From contig CAZNDB010000003.1 in NCBI GenBank assembly GCA_964571725.1, positions 127,797 through 191,796 of the forward strand: DNA of 64,000 nucleotides, written 5' to 3'. Origin of the DNA: an uncultured Candidatus Peribacteria bacterium (GTDB taxonomy: Bacteria > Patescibacteriota > Gracilibacteria > UBA1369). The position numbers and the translations under genes were made by a program. The notes beneath the pieces are model-generated. The model made no database searches. It was not told where the DNA came from and worked only from the letters and a program-made list of their open reading frames with translations. Shown in pieces: positions 9,747 to 18,326 of the stretch (position 1 is the first letter of the stretch; every line of letters begins with the position of its first letter).

Positions 9747-10948
9747 GATTTTGGCATTAAATAACCTCCCAATAATTTCTGCAAATGATCATTTTTTAAA
9801 AAAACTTCACGAATAATTTTCTCAACGCCACTGCGTTCTACCGGCTCTATCCCGACACGTGCCATATATACAATGACCGAAGATGGCTCTAATAATGGTT
9901 CTCCATTATTAGTCTTAATAATTACTGTATTGGCAGAACCGAAAGCCTCATAAATGGCTCTGGAAATTTCTGCAGCGTAATATGAATGTACTCTACCGGT
10001 ATGATACACGGGATTCTTTCCGAAAGGGGCTTCCACGCTGCTGGATCGCATGATCGAAATCAATCCGTTTACCCGATTACCTCTCCCAACATACCCTTCC
10101 TCTCCAAATTCAATACAACTGCCAGTCGCAGTCAGGTAGGGGGCAGGTCGTAACGAATTTTGGTCTGCAGTATTAATTTGAAGATTTATGTCACAACCGG
10201 TACCAACCAGACTATTGGACAACGCCAGCAACTCTCTGTGCAGTTCTGCTTTATATTCAAAATACTGTTCAATTGTATGAACCTTGTGACTGATCATTGG
10301 AACGCACATCGTTACATCAAAACGCGATAAGTGCCGGACCGTCATTACTTTTATGTCCTGACCAATAAAATCAAATTTGGGAGTATAAGGATCGGTATAA
10401 AAGTAATTTTCCAGTAGCTGGGTCAAATTTTCGGCAACTGATGTTGGATAATGAGCAACAACACAAGCCGTATCGTTAGCCCATTGCTTTTTACTATCCG
10501 GTACATCGTCCAGAGTTTGAGGTCTATACCAACTGGGATTCATCGAATGATCGGACGTTTCGTGTGCAAAAATCAAGTCTTCCTCAACGTTAAGACCCGG
10601 CAACACTTTCCGTAAGTAAGATCTTGCAGCTGATTCCTGAATTTCGCGATAGGGAATTTCGGCATTCCCAAATGCAGAACTCATTCTCCCGCCAAAGTTC
10701 ACCCTAACGTTCTTAATCTTCTCACCGTATCCAAAACCTCGTTTCCAAAGACCGCCCCCTATTCCTAATTTATCTAAATTATGGTGAAGTACTGCGCCAT
10801 ACTTTTCCAGAGTATATTTCGAATACTCGATAGAAATAATCTCGGCCAAACCATCCGCAAGAGTATCAGGATGGCCCAATCCTTTTCTTTCGACAATTTC
10901 TATCGGATCATTTTGAATATCATCCTTATACAAACAAGTGATCTTCAT
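9740..10948 (-). CDS. archaeal-type S-adenosylmethionine synthetase (methionine adenosyltransferase) homolog
   Basis: 402 aa. IEIVERKGLGHPDTLADG, LHHNLDK, ANDT, GQDIKVM, INTAD, YLTATGSCIEFGEEGYVGRGNRVNGLI and FGKNPVYHTG line up with the archaeal MAT family (e.g. Methanocaldococcus) and not with bacterial MetK. Confidence 0.85.
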   Translation of the reverse strand: MKITCLYKDDIQNDPIEIVERKGLGHPDTLADGLAEIISIEYSKYTLEKYGAVLHHNLDKLGIGGGLWKRGFGYGEKIKNVRVNFGGRMSSAFGNAEIPYREIQESAARSYLRKVLPGLNVEEDLIFAHETSDHSMNPSWYRPQTLDDVPDSKKQWANDTACVVAHYPTSVAENLTQLLENYFYTDPYTPKFDFIGQDIKVMTVRHLSRFDVTMCVPMISHKVHTIEQYFEYKAELHRELLALSNSLVGTGCDINLQINTADQNSLRPAPYLTATGSCIEFGEEGYVGRGNRVNGLISIMRSSSVEAPFGKNPVYHTGRVHSYYAAEISRAIYEAFGSANTVIIKTNNGEPLLEPSSVIVYMARVGIEPVERSGVEKIIREVFLKNDHLQKLLGGYLMPKSW

Positions 10949-11673
10949 TTGTTGGGTATTAAGATATCACTCAATTTACTGCGTATATCTCTCGTATAAT
11001 CAACTCCTCTCACAATAACCACGGGTTTACCCTCAGCAGACTCGCCCATCAAAATAGAGGCAGCCGCAGCAACCCTGTCAACTATATTCATTAGCGGTTT
11101 TCCGATCTTCCCATAAAGATCCGGACCGGTCTTTTGCTCCAATCCTTTAATTCCGGAAAAACCAATCGCAGCACCGATAGAACCACCTCTATTGGCATTC
11201 CCCAGACTATCAGAAATGATTACGGAGACTTCTCTAACTTGAGATTCTATCCGTTTCCGGATTTTTTCCGCGCTTGCATCCGCATCCAATGGTAATAAAA
11301 CGACTCTTTGCCTATCTTCCTGATCAATATTAGACATGTCTATCCCTGCCGAAGTACAAACCATTCCGTTGTTGTGCTCTACTACAATTACCTTACCTTT
11401 TATATCAATAATTGATTTAGATTCCCTCAAAACCAGTTCACAGAACTCGGGAGATCTGCCGGTCTTTCTGGCCAATTCCAGAGCATATTCTGAAGGTATC
11501 ACTGTATCAAGCCAAATAAGTCTGTCCTCTGCCTTGGAAACAATCTTTTGCGCAATAACAATGATGTCCCTGTCTTGAATCGAATCAGCATAATCCATCA
11601 CCATCTCCCCCAAATCATCTCCAGGCTTTACCAGTGGAAAATTTGGTACCTCGATGACTTCTATTTTGGTCAT
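10945..11673 (-). CDS. CofE-like protein (coenzyme F420-0:L-glutamate ligase family fold)
   Basis: 242 aa. GDDLGEMV, IIVIAQKIVSKAEDR, VCTSAGIDMSN, VIISDSLGN..RGG and GESAEGKPVVIVRG match the CofE / FbiB N-terminal domain pattern. First gene of the overlapping operon. Confidence 0.7.
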   Translation of the reverse strand: MTKIEVIEVPNFPLVKPGDDLGEMVMDYADSIQDRDIIVIAQKIVSKAEDRLIWLDTVIPSEYALELARKTGRSPEFCELVLRESKSIIDIKGKVIVVEHNNGMVCTSAGIDMSNIDQEDRQRVVLLPLDADASAEKIRKRIESQVREVSVIISDSLGNANRGGSIGAAIGFSGIKGLEQKTGPDLYGKIGKPLMNIVDRVAAAASILMGESAEGKPVVIVRGVDYTRDIRSKLSDILIPNK

Positions 11674-11804
11674 ACTTGTTTAGACTCAATATTTTAAAAT
11701 TCAGGAGATTGCACATTACCAATCTTTCCACGCGTTTGTCAATTGCCCGTGCGATATTTCAATCAAACAATAACTGAAACTCAGTTCAAATAAAAAAATT
11801 CAAT

Positions 11805-11833
11805 TTGCTAATCTGTCAGCCTTGGGCTAGTAT
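11805..11833 (+). promoter_or_regulatory. putative sigma70-type promoter for typA (TTGCTA-17-TAGTAT)
   Basis: Hexamers read by eye with a 17-nt spacer, about 100 nt upstream of the typA ATG. Confidence 0.3.
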
Positions 11834-11930
11834 TCCGTGGCTAATTGGCAATAATGTTTTAAAATATACATTTCTTTCGCTTACTGCCCCGGCAAAACCT
11901 CATCTCCAAGTTAATTCTCAAGTTACCGCT

Positions 11931-13739
11931 ATGAAAACCCTCTCAATCGCTATCATCGCCCACGTTGATCACGGAAAAACCACCTTGACCGACCATCTGC
12001 TCCGCCAGGGCGGAGCCTTCAACACCCACGAAAAAGTGGAAGAACTGGTCATGGATTCCAACGACCAGGAACGCGAAAGAGGCATCACTATTTTTGCCAA
12101 AAACTGCGCCGCTTTTTACAAGGACGTGAAGATTAATATAGTTGACACTCCCGGCCACGCCGATTTCAGTTCCGAAGTGGAACGCATCCTGAAAATGGTG
12201 GATTGCGTGATTCTGCTGGTAGACGCCAAGGAAGGCCCCATGCCACAGACCAAATTCGTGCTGGCCAAATCCCTGAAGCTCGGCCACAAACCGATCGTGG
12301 TCATCAACAAAATCGATCGCAAGGACCAGCGCGCCGAAACGGTCGTGGACCAGGTCTTCGACCTCTTCGTGAAACTCGGCGCCACTGACGAACAGTTGGA
12401 TTTCCCAATTATTTATGCCATCGGCCGCGAGGGAATCGCCAAATATAATATGGAGGACGAAAGCAAAGACCTCACCCCGCTTTTTGACACTATCCTCAAA
12501 CACGTCCCCCTTTACGATGAATCTTTGGCGCAAAAACCCCTGCAAATGCAGGTTACCAACCTCGGTTATGACGATTACATCGGACGCATCGCCATCGGAC
12601 GCATACTGAAAGGAACTCTCAAGGTTGGTCAAAACGTCACCATCTGCAAAATCGACGGCAGCAAAAGGACTTCCCGCGTCACCAAGATCTTTATTTACGA
12701 AGGCGTACGCCAAACTGAAGTAATAAAAGAAGCTGATGCCGGAGAAATCGTGGCTATTGCCGGATTCCCGGACATCACCATCGGCGAAACCGTCACCGAT
12801 CCTGCGCTCCCGGTTGCCCTGCCCCTCCTGCAAATCGACGAGCCAACCCTGCAGATGAATTTTCTGGTCAACAACTCCCCTTTTGCCGGCAAGGAAGGGA
12901 AATTCGTCACCACACGCCACATCAAGGACCGTCTGGACAAGGAATTACAAACCAATGTCGGTCTCCGCGTTGAACCCCTGGAAGGAACCGACGGCTACAA
13001 GGTATCCGGTCGCGGCGAACTGCATCTGTCCGTACTAATCGAGGCCATGCGCCGCGAAGGTTTTGAGTTGCAGGTTTCCCAACCCGAAGTAATTCTTAAA
13101 GACATCGACGGCCAGAAATGCGAACCGATTGAACAACTGATTATCAGCGTCCCGGAAGAATTTTCCGGAACCGTGATCGAAAAACTGGGCCGCCGCAAAG
13201 GCGAGATGAAAGATCTGGTTACCGAAAACGGCATCACGCGCATCGAATATGAAATTCCTACCCGCGGTCTGCTGGGTTTCCGTTCCGAATTCGTCATGGA
13301 TACCCGCGGCGAAGGTCTGATGGATCACAGTTTTCTCAAATATGACGGTTACAAAGGCCTCATTCCGCACAGGGGCAACGGCGTTCTGATTTCCGGTGAC
13401 AAAGGCGTTACGGTTGCTTACGCGCTATTTTATCTACAGGAAAGAGGAACTCTGTTCGTACCGCCGGTTACTCCGGTTTATGAAGGCATGATTATCGGTG
13501 AAAACGCCCGCGGAGAAGATCTGACGGTCAATCCCTGCAAAGAGAAAAGGATGTCCAATATGCGCACCACCGCCTCCGATCAGGCCATCAAGATCACCAC
13601 GCCCCGTGAAATCACACTGGAAAGCGCGCTGGAATACATCCAGTCCGATGAGCTGGTGGAAGTCACCCCGAAGTCCATCCGTCTGCGCAAAAAGTTCCTG
13701 ACCGAACTGGACCGCAAACGCGTCTCCAGGGATAAATAA
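11931..13739 (+). CDS. typA: translational GTPase TypA/BipA
   Basis: [14 protein letters not shown] (G1), DTPGHADF (G3), NKIDR (G4), plus EF-G-like domains. The track ORF begins at a TTG at 11805, but the conserved N-terminus starts at the ATG at 11931 (MKTLSIAII). Confidence 0.95.
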   Translation: MKTLSIAIIAHVDHGKTTLTDHLLRQGGAFNTHEKVEELVMDSNDQERERGITIFAKNCAAFYKDVKINIVDTPGHADFSSEVERILKMVDCVILLVDAKEGPMPQTKFVLAKSLKLGHKPIVVINKIDRKDQRAETVVDQVFDLFVKLGATDEQLDFPIIYAIGREGIAKYNMEDESKDLTPLFDTILKHVPLYDESLAQKPLQMQVTNLGYDDYIGRIAIGRILKGTLKVGQNVTICKIDGSKRTSRVTKIFIYEGVRQTEVIKEADAGEIVAIAGFPDITIGETVTDPALPVALPLLQIDEPTLQMNFLVNNSPFAGKEGKFVTTRHIKDRLDKELQTNVGLRVEPLEGTDGYKVSGRGELHLSVLIEAMRREGFELQVSQPEVILKDIDGQKCEPIEQLIISVPEEFSGTVIEKLGRRKGEMKDLVTENGITRIEYEIPTRGLLGFRSEFVMDTRGEGLMDHSFLKYDGYKGLIPHRGNGVLISGDKGVTVAYALFYLQERGTLFVPPVTPVYEGMIIGENARGEDLTVNPCKEKRMSNMRTTASDQAIKITTPREITLESALEYIQSDELVEVTPKSIRLRKKFLTELDRKRVSRDK

Positions 13740-13772
13740 GACCGTTCCCACCCTTTTTCCCGATATAACGCT

Positions 13773-13801
13773 TTTTCAAAGCTGCCATTTTGTGCTATAA
13801 T
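13773..13801 (+). promoter_or_regulatory. extended -10 promoter (TTTTCA-17-TGcTATAAT) for the MscS gene
   Basis: TGTGCTATAAT at 13791-13801; ATG at 13827. Confidence 0.5.
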
Positions 13802-13826
13802 AAGCAGATTATCGCTAACAGAATCC

Positions 13827-14798
13827 ATGGCGGCACCAATCAACACCAATACCAACGTTTCCTCCGGCACCGAAGGCGGACAAATTGATTTTGCCAACCT
13901 TGGTCCCTATCTTCTGACCAAATTTGTACAAGTGTTGGAAGCGGCACTGATCATCGTCATCGGTATTTTTGTTATACGCTACGCCAAACGATATCTGAAT
14001 AAAATCGCGCTGGAACACGAACAGCAAAAAACCGCCCTTAATCTGTTTGAAAAACTCGTTACCGGTTTCATCATTGTCATTTCCATTACCCTGGCCCTGC
14101 GCATCGTCGGCATCGATATGACGCTGCTGGTCAGCGTTACAATTCTGGGTCTCAGTTACGGTTTACAGGACATTATCAAAAACTATGTGGCTGGCATTCT
14201 GATCATGTTTAAATCCCCTTTCAAAATCGGCGACATTATCAACATCAAAGGACATACCGGAAAAGTGGATAAAATTGATTTTCAGGCCACCACGCTGCGT
14301 ACCTTCGACCAAAAAGACGTGACCATCTACAACAGCGACGTCATGACTCAATCCATCATCAACCACTCCCGCAGCAACATCAGACGGATCGAGGTGGAAA
14401 TCAAACTGGGCTTCGGGTCAGACTACCTGCACGCCATAAAAGTTCTGGACAACATCATTCGCAACCACCAAAGCATTCTCAAAAAACCCTCCCACAAAAT
14501 TGTTTTCAAAAAGTTCGATGAGGACGGCGTTGTTTTCACCATACGCTGTTGGGTCCAACTACCCTGCAACCTGCTGGCCATTAAATCCGACCTGGCCCTG
14601 CAGGTCAGCCAGATTTTTGATGAAGAAAATGTCTTTATACCGCACAGTAAAGGTATTGAACTGGATGTTGATTACACTTTCACCGAAAAAAAGAAGGCCC
14701 AGAACGAACAAATCAAAACCAGTCCCAATTTCAACGTAGATGACAGTCAACCAATTCCCGCCGACGCAGAATTAATCGACTTCGAAGAAATCGATTAA
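13827..14798 (+). CDS. mechanosensitive ion channel family protein (MscS-like)
   Basis: 323 aa. TM helices followed by GLQDIIKNYVAGILIMFKSPFKIGDIINIKGHTGKVDKIDFQATTLRTFDQKDVTIYNS, the canonical MscS pore helix and beta domain. Confidence 0.85.
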   Translation: MAAPINTNTNVSSGTEGGQIDFANLGPYLLTKFVQVLEAALIIVIGIFVIRYAKRYLNKIALEHEQQKTALNLFEKLVTGFIIVISITLALRIVGIDMTLLVSVTILGLSYGLQDIIKNYVAGILIMFKSPFKIGDIINIKGHTGKVDKIDFQATTLRTFDQKDVTIYNSDVMTQSIINHSRSNIRRIEVEIKLGFGSDYLHAIKVLDNIIRNHQSILKKPSHKIVFKKFDEDGVVFTIRCWVQLPCNLLAIKSDLALQVSQIFDEENVFIPHSKGIELDVDYTFTEKKKAQNEQIKTSPNFNVDDSQPIPADAELIDFEEID

Positions 14799-14800
14799 AT

Positions 14801-14829
14801 TTGACTTTTAGAGGTTCCTCCGTTTTAAT
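14801..14829 (+). promoter_or_regulatory. putative promoter TTGACT-17-TTTAAT
   Basis: Read by eye upstream of the Lys/Ala-rich protein gene. Confidence 0.35.
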
Positions 14830-14865
14830 AAGGCCGCTTCGCACGAATTTATCATCAATTTTTCT

Positions 14866-15132
14866 ATGTCTAATAAGCACGTCAATCATCAGCACGGTTT
14901 ACACACCATGAACGCCACCCGCCCCAAAAGCAAGGTGACCAAAAAAGTCAATAAAGCCAAGGCCAAAGTCAGAAAGGCTCCTCTCCTGGCAGCCCTGATG
15001 GAAGCCCGCTACGGCAAGAAAGTGGCCGTTACCAAAACAGCCAAACCCGCCAAAAAGACCACCGCCGCCAAGAAAGCCACCGCCAAAGCCAAAGTTGCCA
15101 CCAAAAAAGCCGCGGCCAAAAAGAAGGCCTAA
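14866..15132 (+). CDS. Lys/Ala-rich histone H1-like basic protein
   Basis: 88 aa. The C-terminal half is KKTTAAKKATAKAKVATKKAAAKKKA, a low-complexity sequence like bacterial H1/Hc1/AlgP-type nucleoid proteins. It has its own promoter and terminator. Confidence 0.6.
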   Translation: MSNKHVNHQHGLHTMNATRPKSKVTKKVNKAKAKVRKAPLLAALMEARYGKKVAVTKTAKPAKKTTAAKKATAKAKVATKKAAAKKKA

Positions 15133-15165
15133 ATAAAACAGCTTTCCAATTCTCGTTTGACTATT

Positions 15166-15201
15166 AAAACACCGTTCAATCCACGATTGACCGGTGTTTT
15201 T
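15166..15201 (+). terminator. rho-independent terminator candidate
   Basis: AAAACACCG (15166-15174) pairs with CGGTGTTTT (15192-15200) and is followed by T. The 17-nt loop is rather large. Confidence 0.45.
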
Positions 15202-15231
15202 CCATTATGCCTCCAGAAAGTCCCCCCTTCC

Positions 15232-15259
15232 TTGCTGAATAATTAATTTGTGTTATAAT
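15232..15259 (+). promoter_or_regulatory. extended -10 promoter (TTGCTG-16-TGtTATAAT)
   Basis: TGTGTTATAAT at 15249-15259; ATG at 15292. Confidence 0.5.
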
Positions 15260-15291
15260 AAACAGATTATCTATTTCCAATATAAAAATAT

Positions 15292-16878
15292 ATGTCTTCA
15301 TCCAATCTCCAGACTATCGAACAAAAAGACGACGATTCCCAAAAACCCGACTCCCTGCCTCCGGAAAGCGGCGACAGAAAGCGTGAAAAAAACGAATCCC
15401 TGGAAGCCGCGGATCAATCCTCAGCTAAAATCCATGATATCAGTTCCGCTATTCATAAACGGATTATTCCGGAAGGAGTGGATCTGAGCCAATGGGGAGG
15501 AGCAAATCTGGACCGGGAATTCCTCGATGAACTTAAATCCTATGGTTTTTCCAAAAATGAAATCGAAAAATTACATATCATCCGGGGAAAAATACGCGGA
15601 TCTGCTTTCTATCAGAAAGAAGCCGACCACCGGGAACTTACACAGGCCTTGAAAACCGCCCTCGGAGACGATTTGAAATATTTATACTCCATGCTGGCCA
15701 AATTCCGGACCAATGCCGGCAAAGATTTACCCGGTCTCTCAACGCAGGAATTGGATATGGAGTTCATGGATAAACTGGGGGTCCGTTTCATCGATCTGGA
15801 AAGACAAAGGGAACGGGTGGACGAATTAATCATCAATAAATTTGGCTATCGGGACAATATCCGCAAACAACAGCTTTTCAAGCTGATCGTCAAACACAAT
15901 CCCGATATTACCCTGCTCAATCGTCTGGCAGTTTTTGTTCGCCGCATCTATTCCACCTATGACCGGAAACCCGAAATTTTCGGTGATGACCACTTTGATA
16001 ATCTGGCCTTTGGAATTATTGAAGACTGTCTGGCCAATAAAAAAATTATCACCCTGCCAATACAAAACCTGATGACCGATTTTATTGCGCGAACGCGTCT
16101 CACGGATCCCCGCCCACTTATCTCCCTTTACCCACTCTATGAAAATGACGCCGGAAAATTCAAGCAGGTACTGGACTCCCTGGAACAACTGATCCAAAGA
16201 TGGGGAACAAACACCCGTGAACTCATGATTATGATTCAAAACCTGCATCCCCTCTATCACAACAATCTGGCCAGTTTCCAGAAATGGGTGGACCGGACTG
16301 CCGGCATCCTGCAGCATCAGCCGACACACTATCGTTCTTCGGATGTCATTGAAAGCGAAGAAAGAGCCAAAGCAGAAGTTCTCAGAACCATCAAACCTTT
16401 CAATCTGGGGGGAAACCACGATTTCAGTAAAATTATGGAAAACCTGGAACCTACAGACGCCGAGACTCTGGGAAACAAACTTATGGATGAAGCCACCCAT
16501 TTCATGGATCTCTATTATTATGGAAAAGAAAGCGAAGGACTAAAAGAATATTACGATTCTTTCCTGCGCGGACTCTATGAGGGGCAATCCGTCTATATCA
16601 TTCCGGCTGCCCCGGGCCAAACCCATCCCCGTCTCGACCTGCAAAAACTGGAAGGGCTGATAAAAGTATTCCATGAAGCTTCCAAAGTAACCTATGACGG
16701 GTACTACCAGAGAGACGGGTCTTATATCAGAGATATCGAAAAGTACATCACTAAAAATACGAGTGGAAATCTGACCCTGGAACAAATTCAACACTTTTAC
16801 CGGGATCTGAGGGCAGAAACAATTAAGGAACACGACCAAAAACTGGGCCGTCCAGCTTCAAACGACACCGCCAAATAG
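15292..16878 (+). CDS. hypothetical protein (528 aa, soluble, no recognisable domain)
   Basis: Long uninterrupted ORF with its own promoter. Acidic or disordered N-terminus followed by sequence that looks helical. No motif recognised. Confidence 0.6.
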   Translation: MSSSNLQTIEQKDDDSQKPDSLPPESGDRKREKNESLEAADQSSAKIHDISSAIHKRIIPEGVDLSQWGGANLDREFLDELKSYGFSKNEIEKLHIIRGKIRGSAFYQKEADHRELTQALKTALGDDLKYLYSMLAKFRTNAGKDLPGLSTQELDMEFMDKLGVRFIDLERQRERVDELIINKFGYRDNIRKQQLFKLIVKHNPDITLLNRLAVFVRRIYSTYDRKPEIFGDDHFDNLAFGIIEDCLANKKIITLPIQNLMTDFIARTRLTDPRPLISLYPLYENDAGKFKQVLDSLEQLIQRWGTNTRELMIMIQNLHPLYHNNLASFQKWVDRTAGILQHQPTHYRSSDVIESEERAKAEVLRTIKPFNLGGNHDFSKIMENLEPTDAETLGNKLMDEATHFMDLYYYGKESEGLKEYYDSFLRGLYEGQSVYIIPAAPGQTHPRLDLQKLEGLIKVFHEASKVTYDGYYQRDGSYIRDIEKYITKNTSGNLTLEQIQHFYRDLRAETIKEHDQKLGRPASNDTAK

Positions 16879-16900
16879 TAATCCAAAAACCGGCCAGGAC

Positions 16901-16929
16901 TTATCAAAAACCCCGAATGGTGCTATAAT
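16901..16929 (+). promoter_or_regulatory. extended -10 promoter (TTATCA-17-TGcTATAAT)
   Basis: TGCTATAAT at 16921-16929; ATG at 16956. Confidence 0.45.
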
Positions 16930-16955
16930 AAAGGGATTTTTTAATTGACCCCGAC

Positions 16956-18302
16956 ATGGAACTTGATATAAACATGGCTATCTTCCGTCTTTTCATTGGC
17001 GGCGTGATCGGAGCAATCGTCGGCCTGGAAAGAGAGAAAAGCATGCAATTGAACAAGGAAAAAAGCCCCATCGGCATCCGCACCGACATCCTGATCGGCA
17101 TATTTGGAGGTTCCGCCATCTATTTGAGTCAGATTATCAACGAATGGGTTTTTCTGATCTCTCTGGTGGCCGTCATTACTTTCAGCCTGCTCCCCCTGAC
17201 CAGCAAAGCCAACGAAGGTGAAAAAATCATGAGTTACAAAACCGCCCTCAGTTCAATTATCGTTTTTCTGATGGGCGCGCTGGCGTTTGCCGGCCAAATC
17301 CAGGTGGCCCTTGCCGTGGCTATCATCACCACTTTTGTCCTCTCTCTGAAATACACCCTCAAGCAGTTTATTTACGGAGTATCGTATCCGGAACTGATTG
17401 ACGGCGTAAAATTTGTGATAATCGCCTTTATCATTCTGCCCTTTCTGCCCAATGTACCCTATGACCAAACCCTGGTGCAGTTTTTTGAACCTTCCTCCAT
17501 CACCACTCCGCTTTCCACCAACATTATCAATCCTTACCGCATCTGGCTGCTGATCGTAATCATCAGCGGTCTGAACTTTCTGGGTTATATTCTGGTAAAG
17601 ATCTTTGGTAAAAACAAAGCCTATAGCCTGACCGGATTAATCGGAGGTTTCTATTCCAGCACCGTAACTTCGCTCAACCTGTCGACCACCAGCAAAGAGC
17701 ACCTGGACATAACCTATCCGTTTGTGGCTGGCATTTTATTGGCTTGCGGCAGCAGCTTTTTCAAAATGATGGTTCTGGTCAGAACCTTGAACCTGAGTCT
17801 TTTTGACCGGGTATTTCCCAGTCTGTTGGCCATGTGCACCTATCTGCTGCTTTCCGGCTGGTTGTTCCACCTTTACGGCGAAAAAAAACACCAGGCCGGT
17901 AAAATGTTACAGAAACGGGATATCAAACAAAAAGAACTGGTCCAGGTAAAATCGCCGCTGAACCTGAAAAGTGCTTTTAAACTGTCGGTCTTCGTAATTT
18001 TGACCATGCTGGGCGCCAATCTGATTTTACGCTATGCCGATCTGAATTTATACTATGTGTTGGCTGCTTTGATGGCCTTTTTATCAGTCGACGATCCGAT
18101 TATCATTTCCACGGCCGACATAGCCGGAACAGTCCTGACTTTGGGAGTCGCCAAAAACATCATCCTGGGAGTAATTTTCCTGAACTTCCTCCAAAAACTG
18201 CCGATGGTTTATCTGTTTGGAAACAGAAAACTTCTCAAACCTTTGGCATTGGGATTTGGCGGCCTTCTGCTTGTCACTCTGCTCTCTCTGCTGTATCTTT
18301 AG
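16956..18302 (+). CDS. MgtC/SapB family membrane protein with DUF4010-like C-terminal domain
   Basis: 448 aa polytopic protein. The N-terminus FRLFIGGVIGAIVGLEREK is the MgtC signature. Confidence 0.7.
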   Translation: MELDINMAIFRLFIGGVIGAIVGLEREKSMQLNKEKSPIGIRTDILIGIFGGSAIYLSQIINEWVFLISLVAVITFSLLPLTSKANEGEKIMSYKTALSSIIVFLMGALAFAGQIQVALAVAIITTFVLSLKYTLKQFIYGVSYPELIDGVKFVIIAFIILPFLPNVPYDQTLVQFFEPSSITTPLSTNIINPYRIWLLIVIISGLNFLGYILVKIFGKNKAYSLTGLIGGFYSSTVTSLNLSTTSKEHLDITYPFVAGILLACGSSFFKMMVLVRTLNLSLFDRVFPSLLAMCTYLLLSGWLFHLYGEKKHQAGKMLQKRDIKQKELVQVKSPLNLKSAFKLSVFVILTMLGANLILRYADLNLYYVLAALMAFLSVDDPIIISTADIAGTVLTLGVAKNIILGVIFLNFLQKLPMVYLFGNRKLLKPLALGFGGLLLVTLLSLLYL

Positions 18303-18326
18303 GACGACTTAACCTAATCGTCCCCG

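Larger units (their letters stand above)
3599..11804. other. candidate genomic island: low-GC accessory segment directly 3' of tRNA-Gly
   Basis: Hand-counted 60-nt lines inside give about 30-40% G+C (5041, 6301, 8101, 11401). Lines in flanking housekeeping genes give about 50-57% (12241, 44401). The segment starts right after a tRNA gene. Gene content is accessory biosynthesis. No integrase or att repeat was found. Confidence 0.55.

Noticed and set aside
11674-11804. Right-hand attachment site or integrase remnant for the tRNA-Gly-linked island
   Set aside because: I looked for a repeat of the tRNA 3' end (GGGTTCGATTCCCGTATACCGCTCCA) and for any recombinase-like ORF and found neither. The island call therefore rests only on composition, position and gene content.
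11805-11930. N-terminal extensions suggested by the ORF track (typA from TTG 11805; TPR protein from TTG 40881; RNHCP protein from TTG 36254; HD protein from TTG 5057; ftsK from 50615)
   Set aside because: The extensions are non-conserved and often hydrophobic or odd in composition. They begin at TTG codons that coincide with predicted -35 promoter hexamers or overlap upstream genes. Downstream ATGs align with the conserved N-termini.
11943-12920. Long antisense ORFs inside typA (325 aa). The same situation occurs inside secA (44576-45979, 467 aa), ftsH (38198-38890), the pilT region (20857-21372), metG (24508-25119) and ftsK (several)
   Set aside because: All are opposite or out of frame to genes with strong conserved motifs. 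Their translations are biased (G/V/F/D-rich) in the way mirror frames of GC-richer genes typically are. No independent support.
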